Shown here one piece after another: positions 25,321 to 38,726 of a stretch of 64,000 nt of DNA. Origin of the DNA: Octopus vulgaris. Lineage: Eukaryota. The stretch is taken from assembly GCA_951406725.2 (NCBI GenBank), contig OX597820.1, positions 92,132,001 to 92,196,000 on the forward strand, given 5' to 3'. The notes beneath the pieces are model-generated. The model was given only the letters and a program-made list of their open reading frames with translations, was not told the origin of the DNA and made no database searches. Numbering within the stretch: the stretch's first letter is position 1; every line of letters starts with the position of its first letter. A program made the position numbers and the translations under genes.

Positions 25321-28300
25321 CCTTTCAAATTTTGTCCAGCTTGTATTTTTCAAATAAATATGTTTCTATTATAAATTAATTATTAATCACTTCCTACAAA
25401 ATATATTGTAAAGAATGAAAATGCTTTAAAGTATATACAGTAAAAATCCCATTCGGAAAAATAAAGTAGAAATGTAAATACCTATAATTTTTTATTTTCG
25501 TTCTCTAATTTTGGCCTCTACTATGTATATATAATGCATGTATGGTTGTATGTATGTAGACACACTCATACATTAGTGTGGGCATACCTCTGTGGAGGGT
25601 GGCGAAAGACATGCATATCAGTAAGAAAAAGTGAACAACCAGTATCATTCTATTGTCACTCTTACTGACAGAAAGCAAGCCGGTTAGTGAATGATTGGTT
25701 GGAAACCTGTAACCAACCACACTATTGTTTACTAAATTCGATATGCAATAGATATAAATAAATATGTAAATAAATCAATTTTAGCAGCTTTTAAGTTATG
25801 TGCAGTGTTCCGTGTGCGTGGTTTAATGGACCGTGCGTTTCACTTTTACTCAACCGCTTGGACTGCATTAGTTATTTACTCGCTTGCTTACTTCGAATCA
25901 TAGGTTTAGTAACATTGTCTAACTGTCTAACTGCTAGAGGCTGCCATATACATAGTCGTTATCATAGTGGTGGTAGAAGCTAGGAGAAAATGGAAAATAC
26001 CAAGGTGTTTCTGATATATCGACGGAGAAGAATTAGATGATGATGAGGAGGATGAGAAGGAGGAGGGAAGGAAGGGGTGGAGGAGAAGAAAGAGGAGGGG
26101 ATAAGAAGGAGTATATTGTTGTTGGAAAGGAGAAGGTAAGAAAGTTAAAGGAATGTAATTAACTGCGCATCATCGTGTAGCGCTCCCAAATATATTGGTA
26201 TATCTCGGTTTAGAGAAGAAATTCAGAAGAAATTAAAAACAAAGCAAAAAAAAAAAAAAAAGAAAACAGTCAAAAGTGAGCAAAGAAAATATATTTCTGA
26301 GTTTAGTTTTGGAAAAGCGCAAAAAAAAAAGTCTCTGTACAAAATAACCAAGTGTGAATTTCAATCTACGGAAGCATGCTGCTAGTAATAATGAAACTAT
26401 ATAAGAATGGGAATGTTCACGACTTTAATATTTATGTGACCAATAGAACGTGAACATTTGAACCACTACTGGCTACATAAATGCAGAGAGAATATTTCAT
26501 ATTCTGTACGACACGATTATCTTTCAAATAGACTCGGTGAAAATTCAAATTCTCTCACATCTTATGTCAGATTTACACTATGAATGTCCCAGATGATACG
26601 AACAAAACAGTGACGCATAAGCAACAGCAGAATAACAACTATATTTTCGCTACACAGTAGCACACTGTACTTGAAGGAACACCTGAATATATAAATTATC
26701 TTGGTAATGCACAAATAATAGACAGTATACAATAGACATAGAAATGAAACAGATACTTGAATGCAGAAACATACTGGAAATAGAAGTGAAAACAAATAGC
26801 ACTCAAGTAAAGATAATATTTGCAGATAACATAGTAAAATGGATGTAGATTTACTATAAAGACACTCCTTAACATAAAAACAGAAAATCACAAGTTTAGA
26901 ATAAAACTCCAGACATACAGGCAGACACATCTAACAATATGTATCAAGAAATAACATCGACGATTACTGATATAAAGAAAACAGAAATTCTAAAATCGAT
27001 AACACCAGTACGAAAATATTAATATGACTATTTCAGAAGAGTTACTTTCGTTTCAAAACCTTAACATTAAAAACAAAGAATGTTTACCTGAGAAATATAT
27101 AATTATGTATCATTGGTACACAGTAGCAAACTTTAATTCAGCTTTCAAGAAAGTTTTAAAGAAACAAGCAAGTATTATCAATATTGATATCAATATGGTC
27201 AATATTCATGTCAATGTTCATGCCCATATTGATAAAATAGATCAGCGATGGAGATAATCAATGCTAAAATAACATTAAATTATATGCGTGGGTTTCTAAT
27301 ATTTCAACTCAACTTCTCAAATCTTAAAGGAAATGTATTATAAAGATAATACAACTGATTCGATGAATGTGAAACGTTCCTAAAGTAATGCTCTACTAAC
27401 ACGTCAGTCAGATTATGTGTGGTAGGATTTTTTTGTGTGGATAGGATGGAATTATATAATAGAAACTCTTCCATGATGATATCTGTTTTTACAAATTTCC
27501 GAGTAGAAACCATATTGATGCACATAAATTATGATACGAGATAAATCGAAATGCTTCTGTCGCACATTTGTCCATCCATTTCGTCTGTAAGAACTTATCG
27601 TAGAAGAAAAAAATCTAGTTCATTCAGGAATGGAGCCACTAAGCATTGAATATAAAAAAGAATTTACTGCATATACAACAACGTTTTATTCTTCTTTATT
27701 TACTAAATTCTCGAAGAATTTCCGATAAGTCGTATATCTGAAATATGTGACACAATATAATTAGCAGGGAGAGAGTGCTTCTTTATGTATGTGTTGCGTT
27801 TAAATCATAAATGTATTCTTCCAAGTAATTGTCTATAGTAATTCAGCAAAAATGAACAACTAATGGACTATTTAAGTATTCTGAGAGAAAGTATGAAGAG
27901 ACAAAGATTTTCATATTATATATGCACAAATGATTGTGAAAACAGTAATATTCAGAAGGATGTTTGTAAAAACAACATAATTTGGAAATATTAAAAATTG
28001 CAAAACATAATAAGACAGAAAAGCGAGAGGCAGTAACATAATTTAGAACTTGTGAATATATAAATTTTCATTTATCTCAGAAAGTAACTGAAAATGCATG
28101 TTAAAGCGAGAAAAAGTAGACATAATTTGTTTCTTGTCGTAATCATCTCTCAAGAAGTGAAAGTGCAAATGTTAACGACATACATGACTTTAATATGCAT
28201 AAATCAAGATACAATAGTTTATCATCGATGAAAAATGAATGCCCAACTATAAAAATAGAAGGAAAATTCAAATAGCATATTAGATCAAACATTTTTTGGC

Positions 28301-29846
28301 AAAAGAAAACCAATCAACTATAACTGCTTATGGTTGAAACATTCAACGAATTAACAATCAGATATTGGTTTGGTGTTAGGAAGTTATTTTTGTGACTATG
28401 TTGTTCTGGATTTGATCCACTTGATGGCTGTTTGGATAAGTATGTAATATTAACATCAGGTTGGCCTGATCTGACTATTGAATTGAAACGTGAATCCGAT
28501 AAACAAAATTTCAAGAAAGTTGTATTGTGTATATTTGTGTGTGTCTTGGTGTATATCAGCGAAGAATATAAATATCGACAAGGATATCGAGGAAAACAGT
28601 TCTTTTCGAGTGAATGCCCTTGTTGTAGTTCTTGTTCTTCATCGAATTAGCATGGGTGTTGCCACTCAACAGGCGAAAATGCAACAAACCAATGATTGAC
28701 CTACTGATCGAAATCTTTTATGCACTGTTCACGTGTTTACAAATTCCGACATAGCTATGGTAGATACCGACATTAGATGCAAGAAACAGAACAGAATCTG
28801 ATAAAAGGGAATAAATCTAAGCTAAAAGTTTGAAGAGGGATCACTATCTCCGCCCTGTAACAAACTGAAATTCACTCTTCTTGACAAAAGAAATAACCTA
28901 AAAAAGCTATTAAGAAGCTAAAGGAAGTAAAAGATATATCAATCGGGAAAGAGTTGGGCTCCAATTTGTGGAGGATCTGGGTGACAGGCTGCAAGTAAAA
29001 TTCGCAAAAATTATCTATGAAGTTCTACTGCACAATTTCATACAGGATGTGGAAGATTTCGTGCCCAGACCAACTAGGGATAATTATAGGAATTTTCAGG
29101 TATGCCAATTTTGAGCGTAGCAGCAACAAATTTTAAGAGCGAGTTCAAGCATACTGTAGCTGATTTGATCCCATCCATGGCCAGACAGATAAACTTAAGT
29201 ATCTGTCACTTTTCAAAATTGTTAATGATATATTTTAATAGGTGGAGTAACAAAATTGTTATAGCATAAGAGAAAATTCCTTACAATCATTAGTTACGTC
29301 CCTAACTTTGTTTTCAAAATCATTCCGATGTGAATTTCACTTTTCCTCATATGAGGGTCGAGAAAATGTCTACCAGTCAAGTAAAATGTTTCATTTAATC
29401 AATTATACGCCATATCCAAATCTGAAATTTGTCTCTGCGCTAGAAATTAGATACCGATTATTTAAATTATTGTCTTTTTTAATATAATTTTTTACACATG
29501 ATGTTGGTTTTGTATCAATTTTTAATAGATTCATTGTATAAGGTTCTAACACTTACTTCTTTTTAAAATAACTGCTTGAACTCTGCTACATTTATAACCC
29601 ATAATTTTTATAATTCATAGTATTTGCCGTGGGATAAAAATAAATTGCTGTTTCATTTTATCGAATAAGTATGCTGTACTAAAAGAATCTGAACATCACC
29701 TAATAAAATACCTTACCGTAATTTAGTAATGGCAATTTCTGTAGTGTGTTCCAAACATTGCCTTTCGTGTCTTTGTTGTAAATATAATCCAGTCTTTTTC
29801 TTCAACAGTTCAGGCCTTGTGCTTATGTGAGAAATTGTAGGGTAAG

Positions 29847-30040
29847 TTGGCGAACTGGCAAAATCGTTAGCACACCGGGAAAAATACTTTGTGGCATTTC
29901 ACCCGTCTCCGCCGAGATCGACTTTGCCTTTCACACTCGTGGTCTATAAAATGACTACCAGTTGATCATTAGAGTCGATATAATCGACTTTCCAGCTCCC
30001 TTCGACTGGCTGGCCTTGTGTCAGAATTTTTAACCAATAT
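29847..30040 (+). mobile_element. SINE family B
   Basis: GGCGAACTGGCAAAATCGTTAGCAC...TCGACTTTGCCTTTCA...GGCCTTGTG. Confidence 0.85.
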
Positions 30041-30856
30041 TACGTTAGGGTCATTGATAGATAATCATATTCTGTCTTTACACTGCATCTAAATGCAGTT
30101 TGATTTCAAATCTCAGTAACGTTGATTTTCTATAGCCTACTTTTCAAATTCGATGAAATAATTACCCGTGGAGTACTCTTCTACTGAAGCATGGCATGTT
30201 GCCAATGTTCAAGTCATTGTTATAACTATTATATACTAATGATACTTGTTTGACCAAAATGTAAGAGAAATTGAGTTAAATACCGAAAAGTGGTTCCTTT
30301 AGCCTCTTTACGTTTTAAGATGAAATTCTGTTGGGGGTCGACTGGTGTTTTTCATTCAACTGTAGTCGATAAAATAAGAACTAAAGTAAATTCGATCGAT
30401 TATGCACTTCACTTTCGCATTTATAATATTGTGGCAATGTGAGAAAACATTATTATAGTAATCGTAGTGAATTCAATGATAAAAAGTGACATTAGAATAA
30501 CATAAAGCTGCTGGGAAAAAAATAAAATAAAAGCTACCAGTGGAGGAGGGCGAAAAGCGAAGCAAACAAGAAATTTGAAACATCGCAAAATGGTCTTTCT
30601 CGTTCAGTAATCAAGACAAACATTTTAAAACTTTGACAAAACAATAGAAAATTAATATTTTGACGATTTCAATATAACTCTTAGCGTTATTAATTTACAT
30701 AACTGCATACTTTCCGATACATAAGCTGAAAAAATTCTTTGATATTTCATTAGAATTGATTATTACTATGTTCAGTTGAAAAACGTTTGTTTAATCTTGC
30801 ATTACTATCGAGTATGAACATACTTTTTAATGCTTACATATGTATGTGCATGCATA

Positions 30857-30906
<50 letters not shown>

Positions 30907-32043
30907 AAAACCGAAATATGTATACATACATAGTGATATTTTAATATCGAAATTGCAATTCACTTAAAAACCATCCTACTTATTATTCATAGATTTTTTT
31001 TTATTTTGGTGCATGTGGCCATAGCTAAAGATATTTATTACTGAAGGGAATAATGACTAGTCGTTTGAGAGAGTCGTCAGCATACATTCCCGATTTAATT
31101 TCACTCTATTTATTAGACAAGTAAGCTAAAAACGTGTATTACGTCAAGATACGTACTCCGATTAACGGATTGCATAAAGTGTGACTAAAATTCGGTATGG
31201 TAGAATTTCATACAAGAGAGAGAGAGAGAGAGAGAGGGGGGGCGGGGAGAGCGAATATTTAATCTGATGACAGAATAATATTGCTAATGTGATGATGTTC
31301 TAATAGGAGCAGTCGAATATATTAAACACACGTTAGAAGAACTTATCGTCATATAATCGACGTCAAACTATGTGGGCTTTGAAAATATACGAAATGGAAG
31401 ACAATTTAATACCAGCCCGCATTTTGTCTACTTAGTCATTAAGACCGATGAAAGCGCTAAGAGTCGATTTCTCCATGCACCATTAATATTATTTCTAACA
31501 CAGTTAATACACTGAAATACTTTGAGGTGAAATTGAAATTGACTTAATTTGTAGACTGTTAACGTTTTGACAGGCCACAAAGATGAATAACGCTGAAGAC
31601 AAATTCTGTAGGATTGAAACGTTGGTCGTAGGACTTGGAAAGCAAAGCGAAGCAAGTAAACTACTAGGAATTTTGTCTATGGCTCCCTACTATTTTCTGA
31701 TAGGGGTGTGGTCTTAGATATTAGTGAAAGATTCACCCGACAGATGCATTCGTCATACTAGTTATATAAAAAAAGTTCTGTATAGTATCATGTAATCATT
31801 GTGCAGACACTGAAGAAGTGTTTCTTTAATCGCTTTCGTCGTACTTTATGTACGGTCGGCAAATATGTTGTCCATGCAGAGTTTATCTTGAGTGCTTAGT
31901 GGCCCGTGTAGCTCTGAAAAACCAGGTTATTTAAAAATTTTCGTAAGACCCTGGTACTCACTAAATAAAACCACTCACTGGTGTCAGTTAGCATTCAGAT
32001 TTTCATCCAGTATAACTTAAATCACTCGCTCATTTAATTCTGT

Positions 32044-32186
32044 GCAGATTTGTTTTGCAAATGTTCCCAAATGTTCTACAACCGTCTAGGTTAATCGATG
32101 TACTAAGAACAAATTCTCAGCAGATTTTTTGTGCAAATGTTCTAAATGTTCTACAAACGTCTAGGTTAATCGATATATTAAGAACA
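32044..32186 (+). repeat. Direct tandem duplication, ~76 bp x2
   Basis: GCAGATTT..TGCAAATGTTC..AAATGTTCTACAA.CGTCTAGGTTAATCGAT..A.TAAGAACA occurs twice. Confidence 0.9.
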
Positions 32187-33192
32187 GAGGGGCTGACGCC
32201 ATTTTATAACTCGGGTGTTCATTTTTAGTATTCACATGACTAGCATGGAGAGCAAAGAGCGAAAGAAAATAAAACAAAAGATTGCTTAACAAAATCAACA
32301 ACCAAATCGAACGCGTAAATATGAATTAGCGACAAACCCCACCGAACTTTAATGCAATGAAATATGTGCTCAAGATAAAATAACGCTTGAAACCAGAAAT
32401 ATTTACAAAATCGCAAACAATCTGTGGCTGAATACAAATAGTTCGAATCCATGCTAAAATAATTTATGAAGAACTATATGAAAGTTAGAAATAAAAATAA
32501 CTGCATTACCACCCGGAAAAGAACTGAGATAATTTTAGAGAGATGGAAGGACACCGAAGTAACGTCATGAAGGAAAACTTGAAAATAGCATACAAGAAAT
32601 AGGTAGCATAATTTTATATGTATATAACACACAATACTCTAAATAAAATACTCTAAATAACAGCTGTTATTTGCGACCGTTTATGACTTTGTAACCTAAT
32701 ATGTATCATACATTTGAGAATTGTTTGAAGTGTCTTTGCAGGTGGTACGGCATGTGGATTAGAGCCTAGGACATTCGGCTTATGACCACAAAGTGGTAGG
32801 TTCAATATCTGGAACGAGAGCGTGGGGTGGGTATGACCTTACTAAATTATTAATGTATACCAGTAAGGATTTGGTATTTCCCTACACTCAGAATCCATAT
32901 CTTGTATGTGCCGCTGGGTCAAGTATGAAGCGAGTGAAAGAGTATCTGCTCACAACTCTATATGCATCTGAAGCAATTAGTGAAATCAAGATATATTGTA
33001 CGCTGATATACTTGTACAACCAGTGTGAGCTGAAATGTGCATAGGCTGAATAGGAAGGAGTGATGCTAAAACTGTGATGTCTTACATGCATTAATTTCAA
33101 CTCTTACTAAAAACTGCATTGTTTAGTTATAGCTAAACTGATATTTTGTTCAATGAAAACTTCAAAATATCTAGTAGCGATTTCTCTTGAAA

Positions 33193-34146
33193 ATGAACAA
33201 AATTTGACATGGTTGTGTTATCAAGTATCTGTAGAAAAAGGATTTAAACCCCAAGGACATTCATGCTGACATGGTTACTATATTAAGGTATAACGCTCCA
33301 TATTTATCAACAGTTAAAAAGTGGGCAGCTGAATTTAAGAAGGAAAGGGAGAGTCTTGAACATGACCTAAGGTCTGGACGTCCTGCATTGTCACCACTGA
33401 GGAAAACATTAACTGTGTTCACCACATGATACTAGATGACAGGCAACAGATGATAAATCAAACAGCCAATGTTACTAGCATAACCTGAGGGAGAGTTGAG
33501 AATATTCTTCGCAATGAATGTGGCCTGCTCGGGAGATGTACATCTGGCACTTGATCAAATGACTCATCACATCACGGGAAAATCTGAGATTGATTCAGAC
33601 AGATCCACTTGGCTTCCTGGAACGTTCGCTAATCCAGGATGAGTGTTGGAAATATCACTTTGTGTCAGAGATTAAGAGGCTATCCATGCAGTGGAGACAC
33701 ACCTCTTCACCTGCTACAAAGAAGGCCAAGAACGTTTTATCACAAGGGAAGGTATTATCCTCAGAAAAACCGGCGAAAGGCATCATGTTTTACTAAAACA
33801 ATGTTCCAGCACATAGTTCCTTGGTTTCCATGGCTGCTTTAAACTAGTTGATCACCCACCCTATTCTGAATGGACATCATCTGACTATCGCTTACTCCCC
33901 AACATGAAGAAACACTTGGATGTTAGCCAGTATGGTAGTGATGTTGACGCCATATCTGCTGCTGATTACATTTTTGACCAACAAGACGGAAGCTCCTTCC
34001 CTATGTGGATCCATCCTTGCAATACCGAAGAAAGAAGTGTGTTGATTGCAAGAGAAGGTATGTTCTAAGTTTCTAGGTTAAACATCATTTGATTACATCA
34101 CATGATAGCGTCTTGATTAACCATTGAGCTTTTCAACCGACCCTTG
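33193..34146 (+). pseudogene. mariner transposase remnant with right TIR
   Basis: PKDIHADMV..STVKKWAAEFKKERESLEHDLRSGRP; QDE.W; HPPYS..SSDY; ends GAGCTTTTCAACCGACCCTTG followed by TA. Confidence 0.85.
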
Positions 34147-36407
34147 TATGTAGGTATGAGCAAACTTAGTCATTTTCTAAATTTCATCGATCAGAATATG
34201 CAGAATGTGACAGCTGGTGGTGAAGAGGATTACATTAGCACCCTAGCGGTGGTCTTTACAGTTAAATAGAATGAATTGTGGAAAATTAGGCACCTGTTCA
34301 AAGATACAATGATATGCACTGTCTCGGAATTGAACTGGAGTCTTTCACTACTTTAAATACAAGTAAAGAAATCACTACATCTTACCTGAATGTACGTAGC
34401 TGCAGTCGGATTCCTATTGAATGCATGCAACAGAAATAATGATTGTATGATTTTTGTCTGAAAGAGTGTCACAAATTCTTCAATGCAGATGTTAATAAGT
34501 TACGTGCAATTGTCGTTTCCTTAACAGAATGTGATCTAATGTGATCTGAAGTCCACAAACAAATAAAGGAGAAGATAATCGATAAACAGGCGCTCAGTAT
34601 ATTTTAAATCTCGCTTCACCTCACAATGTAAAGGAGATTAACAATTCAATATCGGAAAGGATTTTTCAAAAGACTCATTGTTTTTGCTGTCTACTGCATT
34701 GAAACTTTTGCGAGCATAGATGAACAAATATGATGCAGTATTGAATCCATCAATAACGCTGATTAAATGATAAATCAATAGTTCTAACCTGACAGGATTG
34801 AGATTCGCCTTATATCTCTCTGTGGACCTTTTAAGTATCAATAATGTTCGGTATCCATTCAATCAATTATATATTCTTATCCTGCATGCAAATGTGTGTT
34901 CTGGTGCTTCTGTTATAGCACTCCAATATTAATCTCTAGTCCATTCGTATTTGTATTTTTCGGGAAAATGAATATGTCTGGCTCTGTTTAATAACAGTAA
35001 TGAGGATCGTTTAGAGATTTTGAAGTGGAATTAATGGAATAAGTTTTCAGTTATAAAATTTGTATCAGGAGAAAATGTGCCAATAAAACAATAAATGTGT
35101 TTAAGGAACAAAGTTACAATTGGGTGTATTGTATGTCACACTTGGAGATATTTGGGTTTTCTTAAACGAAACAGAAGCATACGGCTTTGCTTATTGTAAT
35201 TGAGCCTGGATTATATCTCATCGAGAATACTTATAATAAAAGATATTCCAGCCGTGACCATTCCATCAATTTTCTAGACACGCTGCATGTAGGGCATTGT
35301 GCTCTTCGTTTCTCATGCGCTGTTCCTTTCTTCACTAAAGACGGAAGTGTGTGACATTTGTATGTTATTTAGATGTTATTTGTAGCATTTCAGACGATAG
35401 GTTATACTTTCTCCCATTTGAAGACCCTCAGACAAAAGAGAAAAAGTACATATTATCTACTGATATTTCGTTACACTTGAGCTCAAATGTCTCCAATATC
35501 ATCTTTGATTTGGTTCTTCCGAGATTGAAAAGTTATGTAGTAGTCACGTACTGGAGTTAATTTAATTAATTTTACATTTGATGGCGGTGCTGCAGCATGG
35601 CCAATAAGTGAATAAAGGATAGCTAAATTTTTGCGTATTCACAATCAAATAGCAAACGTGTGTAGTTACAGAAAAAGCATTAAAATGTGTAAGGTATATA
35701 TCTATTGATATTAGAGTGAAAATAGTATTATACGTGATTTTCTTAAAAGAAGATTCAGAATTAGATTGAGAAGAAAAGAAAAGTGAGTGTTCAGGCAGTG
35801 GTATTGTGACTAATGGAATGATTCAGCATCCAATGTTTTCAATCCTAGAGTAATTCTGATTTGGTTTTGGCGACATTGATATTTCCTCTTAAAGCAATAA
35901 GGCTACTCAATAATTCATATGAATAAATAGAATAATTGGAAGATATTTAAGAAAGAAATTTCATAGGAGTAGAATTGAAGAAATGCTTGTAACTCGACCA
36001 CTTGATATTCGGAACAAAGGATTGAAATAAATATGAAGATAAGCTCAACGTTAATAACATAGCAAAAGTAGATAAGAAAATCGACAAATAGCAGAACAAA
36101 AGGAAATAAAGAGAAATCTGAATTCTTCTATTTGCCTTACTAGGTTTGAAATGAGCAAGGTCAGCCAGACATACTATATATATAATACCGAACTAGAAAT
36201 GAGAGAAAAGGAACATGGGAAGTGAGTTTGGTGAAGATTATAAATACTATGGGCAAAATATCCGTAGTTCTTATACGGAAATGGATTAGACATCTCTTAA
36301 GCTTTAATGTTTCACAGAAATTCTATGGAAACCACGATATACATACATTAGACGCGCTTGTTGAATAAATAAGCAATATAGGAAAATTAACATCCGTATT
36401 AATAACA

Positions 36408-36795
36408 TTGGTTTAAAATGCTGTCACAAGGCCAGAAAATTTGCAGGGAATTGGTAAACCGATTATATCAACCCCAGTGTTCGACTACTACTCACTTTAT
36501 TGGCCCCAAAAGGATGAACGGCAAAGTCAACTCCGGCGGAATTTGAACTAGACTCAGAACGTAAAGATGGAGGAAATCTGCCAAGTAATAATGGTTTCAA
36601 CTTTTGGCACAAGGCTAACAGGTTTGGAGGAGGGGTTAAATCGATGGATTTCAAGTGTTCAAGTGGTGCTTATTTCATCGACCCCGAAAGGATGAAAGGC
36701 AAAGTTGACCTAGGCGAAATTTGAAATCAGAACGTAAAAACATGCTAAATGCCGCAAAGCATCCTGCTGGGCGTGCTATCGATTCTCTCAACTGA
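36408..36795 (-). mobile_element. SINE family B, dimeric
   Basis: ATCGACCCCGAAAGGATGAAAGGCAAAGTTGACC, with a second copy at ~36505. Confidence 0.85.
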
Positions 36796-36980
36796 TAATA
36801 TTAACCCTTATCTTTTGTAAGCTACTCAAACTGCAAACAACATGACAAAATTGCTTTCAGTGAAACCTGTATCAAGTTGATATTTGCAGAAAAGTATGTA
36901 CTTTGGTACTATCTGTTACATCTAACTTATGTAAATACTGGATACGCGCATGAAAGTACAAAATACACATGCATGTACAT

Positions 36981-37156
36981 GCGGACGTGGCTGTGTGGTA
37001 AGAAGCTTCATTTCGAAATCACAGTTCAGGGTTCAGTCCCACTGCATGGCAACTTGGGCGGGGGATTCTACAACTACTACAGCCTCAAACCAACCAAATA
37101 CTTGTGAATGGATTTAGTAGAGTAATAAAGGAAAACTGAAAGAAGACTGTTGTATG

Positions 37157-37206
<50 letters not shown>

Positions 37207-37407
37207 TGTTTGTTCTTCCGCCTCCGTTTGACAATCGGTGTTGGTGTATTTGCATACTCGTAACTTAGCGATTTGGCAAAATAGACCGATAGAATAAGTA
37301 CCAGGCATTAGAAATATACTGAAGTCTATTCATCGACTAAAAACATCAAAGCGGGGCTCGAGCATGGCCGCAGTCTAATGACTGAAACAAGTAAAAGATA
37401 AAAGATA
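36981..37407 (+). mobile_element. SINE family A, full length
   Basis: GTGGCTGTGTGGTAAGAAGC...GGTTCAGTCCCACTGC..(GT)n..CATGGCCGCAGTCTAATGACTGAAACAAGTAAAAGA. Confidence 0.9.
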
Positions 37408-37771
37408 TAGGTGTGTGTTTTGATACATGTGTTTATGTAGGAAATTCGTGTGATATATAAGATGATGGCAAAGCTGATAGATATTAGCTAACAAAATCTA
37501 CAAGAAGAATGATATTGAAATTTTACCAGCAAAATGCTTTAATCTTAATATTTCGAATTAAAAGTTCCTGTTCAACCGCTTCACGGAGCAGGAGAAAGAT
37601 AAGTCACGTACCCATTTAAACACTAGTCTGATATTGCTTGTAAGAACATAAATTCAACTAGCGTAAACGAGTAGCAATTTGTATTTCATGGTATAAGTCA
37701 GGATGCGATGACATGCAAGAAACAAGGAAGCAGTTCAAGTATTGAAATCATAGAAATTCCATCATCCACCA

Positions 37772-38643
37772 GAGAAACAAATGAGAAACAAGACAAGTAC
37801 ATAAAGAACGACCCTTCATAAGTCGTTGGCTGTCTAACTACTCCTCATTTCGAGCAATTAACGACTATATGAGGCCTCGAAAGGCAGTTGCTCCCGCGAG
37901 CCAAAATAAAATTTGGGATTTGCGGAGGGTCAAAGCTGGTAACAAAAACGGGACAGTGGAGACGTACAACAAACCAAAGGGAAACAAACATGGAGGGCCG
38001 TTAGGCCAGACGAAGTAAGGTAGCGAACGCTGGAGGAATATTGTCTTTGACAAGAGAAAATATTGAAGAAGTGACAGATAAGAATACGTCTGGTCTGTAA
38101 GACAGCCTGCAAGAAGAGAACGATGATCACGTCAGGAAAAGAAAGATGGACGATGGTCACGTGTGAGCAACGAGTGAGAGAGAGAGAGAGAGAGAGAGAG
38201 GGAGTAAAGGAGAAAGAAGGAGAGAGACAGACAGAACTACAGATTGAAAACGGTGAAGCGGAGAAAAAAGAATTAGAGAAAGGGTGAGAGAAAAACAAAT
38301 GTGGGTGAAAGAGATAAAATGAATTAGAGAAAGGAAAAGAGAGAAAACGAAAGGTGGAGAGACAGAACAGCAAAGGTTAAAGTCGCACCAAAATGATGCG
38401 ACTCATCTGGCCTAACGGCTCTCCATGTTTGTTTTCATTTGGTTTATTGTATGTCTTCACTGCCCTGTTTTTGTTACCTTCTTTGACCCTCCACAAATCC
38501 CAAATTTTATTATGGTTCGCAGGAGCAACTGCTTTTCGAAGCCTGATATTGTCATTGATTGCTCGAAATGAGTAGATGGACAGCCGACAACGGATGAAGA
38601 GTCGTCCTTTATGTTACTAGTCTTGTTTCCCATTTGTATCTTT
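37772..38643. repeat. Inverted repeat (~240 bp arms, ~390 bp purine-rich spacer) with scrambled hammerhead-like motifs
   Basis: Arms are 37772-38013 and 38403-38643. The similarity is visible even in the ORF track (WPNG.PCLF.FGLLYV on both strands). Confidence 0.9.
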
Positions 38644-38726
38644 CGTTGTTCGCATACCCAAGTTTATATTCGTATTTCATGTTGTTTACGTTTTGTGACG
38701 TCCTGTACTCATAGATGCATACCATA

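Larger units (their letters stand above)
23465..25525 (+). mobile_element. Tc1-like DNA transposon with long IR/DR-type TIRs, decayed, with nested SINEs
   Basis: TTTTGTAGGAAGTGATT (~23498) pairs with AATCACTTCCTACAAAA (~25385). The DR motif GGACAAAATTAGAGAA at ~23799 has inverted counterparts at ~25325 and ~25500. Confidence 0.8.

Noticed and set aside
29046-29099. Possible 54-nt exon (cag|DVEDFVPRPTRDNYRNFQ|gtatgc)
   Set aside because: Weak polypyrimidine tract, no recognisable domain and no partner exons. It cannot be supported without RNA-seq.
31055-31085. HHR-like CTGACGA...CAAACGACTAGTC on the minus strand
   Set aside because: There is no stem II and GAAA is absent.
32044-32186. CRISPR-like repeat
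   Set aside because: Only two adjacent copies with no spacers, in eukaryotic DNA. It is a simple tandem duplication.
37865-38575. Two similar ~60 aa ORFs on opposite strands
   Set aside because: A by-product of the inverted repeat. Their starts and stops differ, and the conservation fits RNA structure better.
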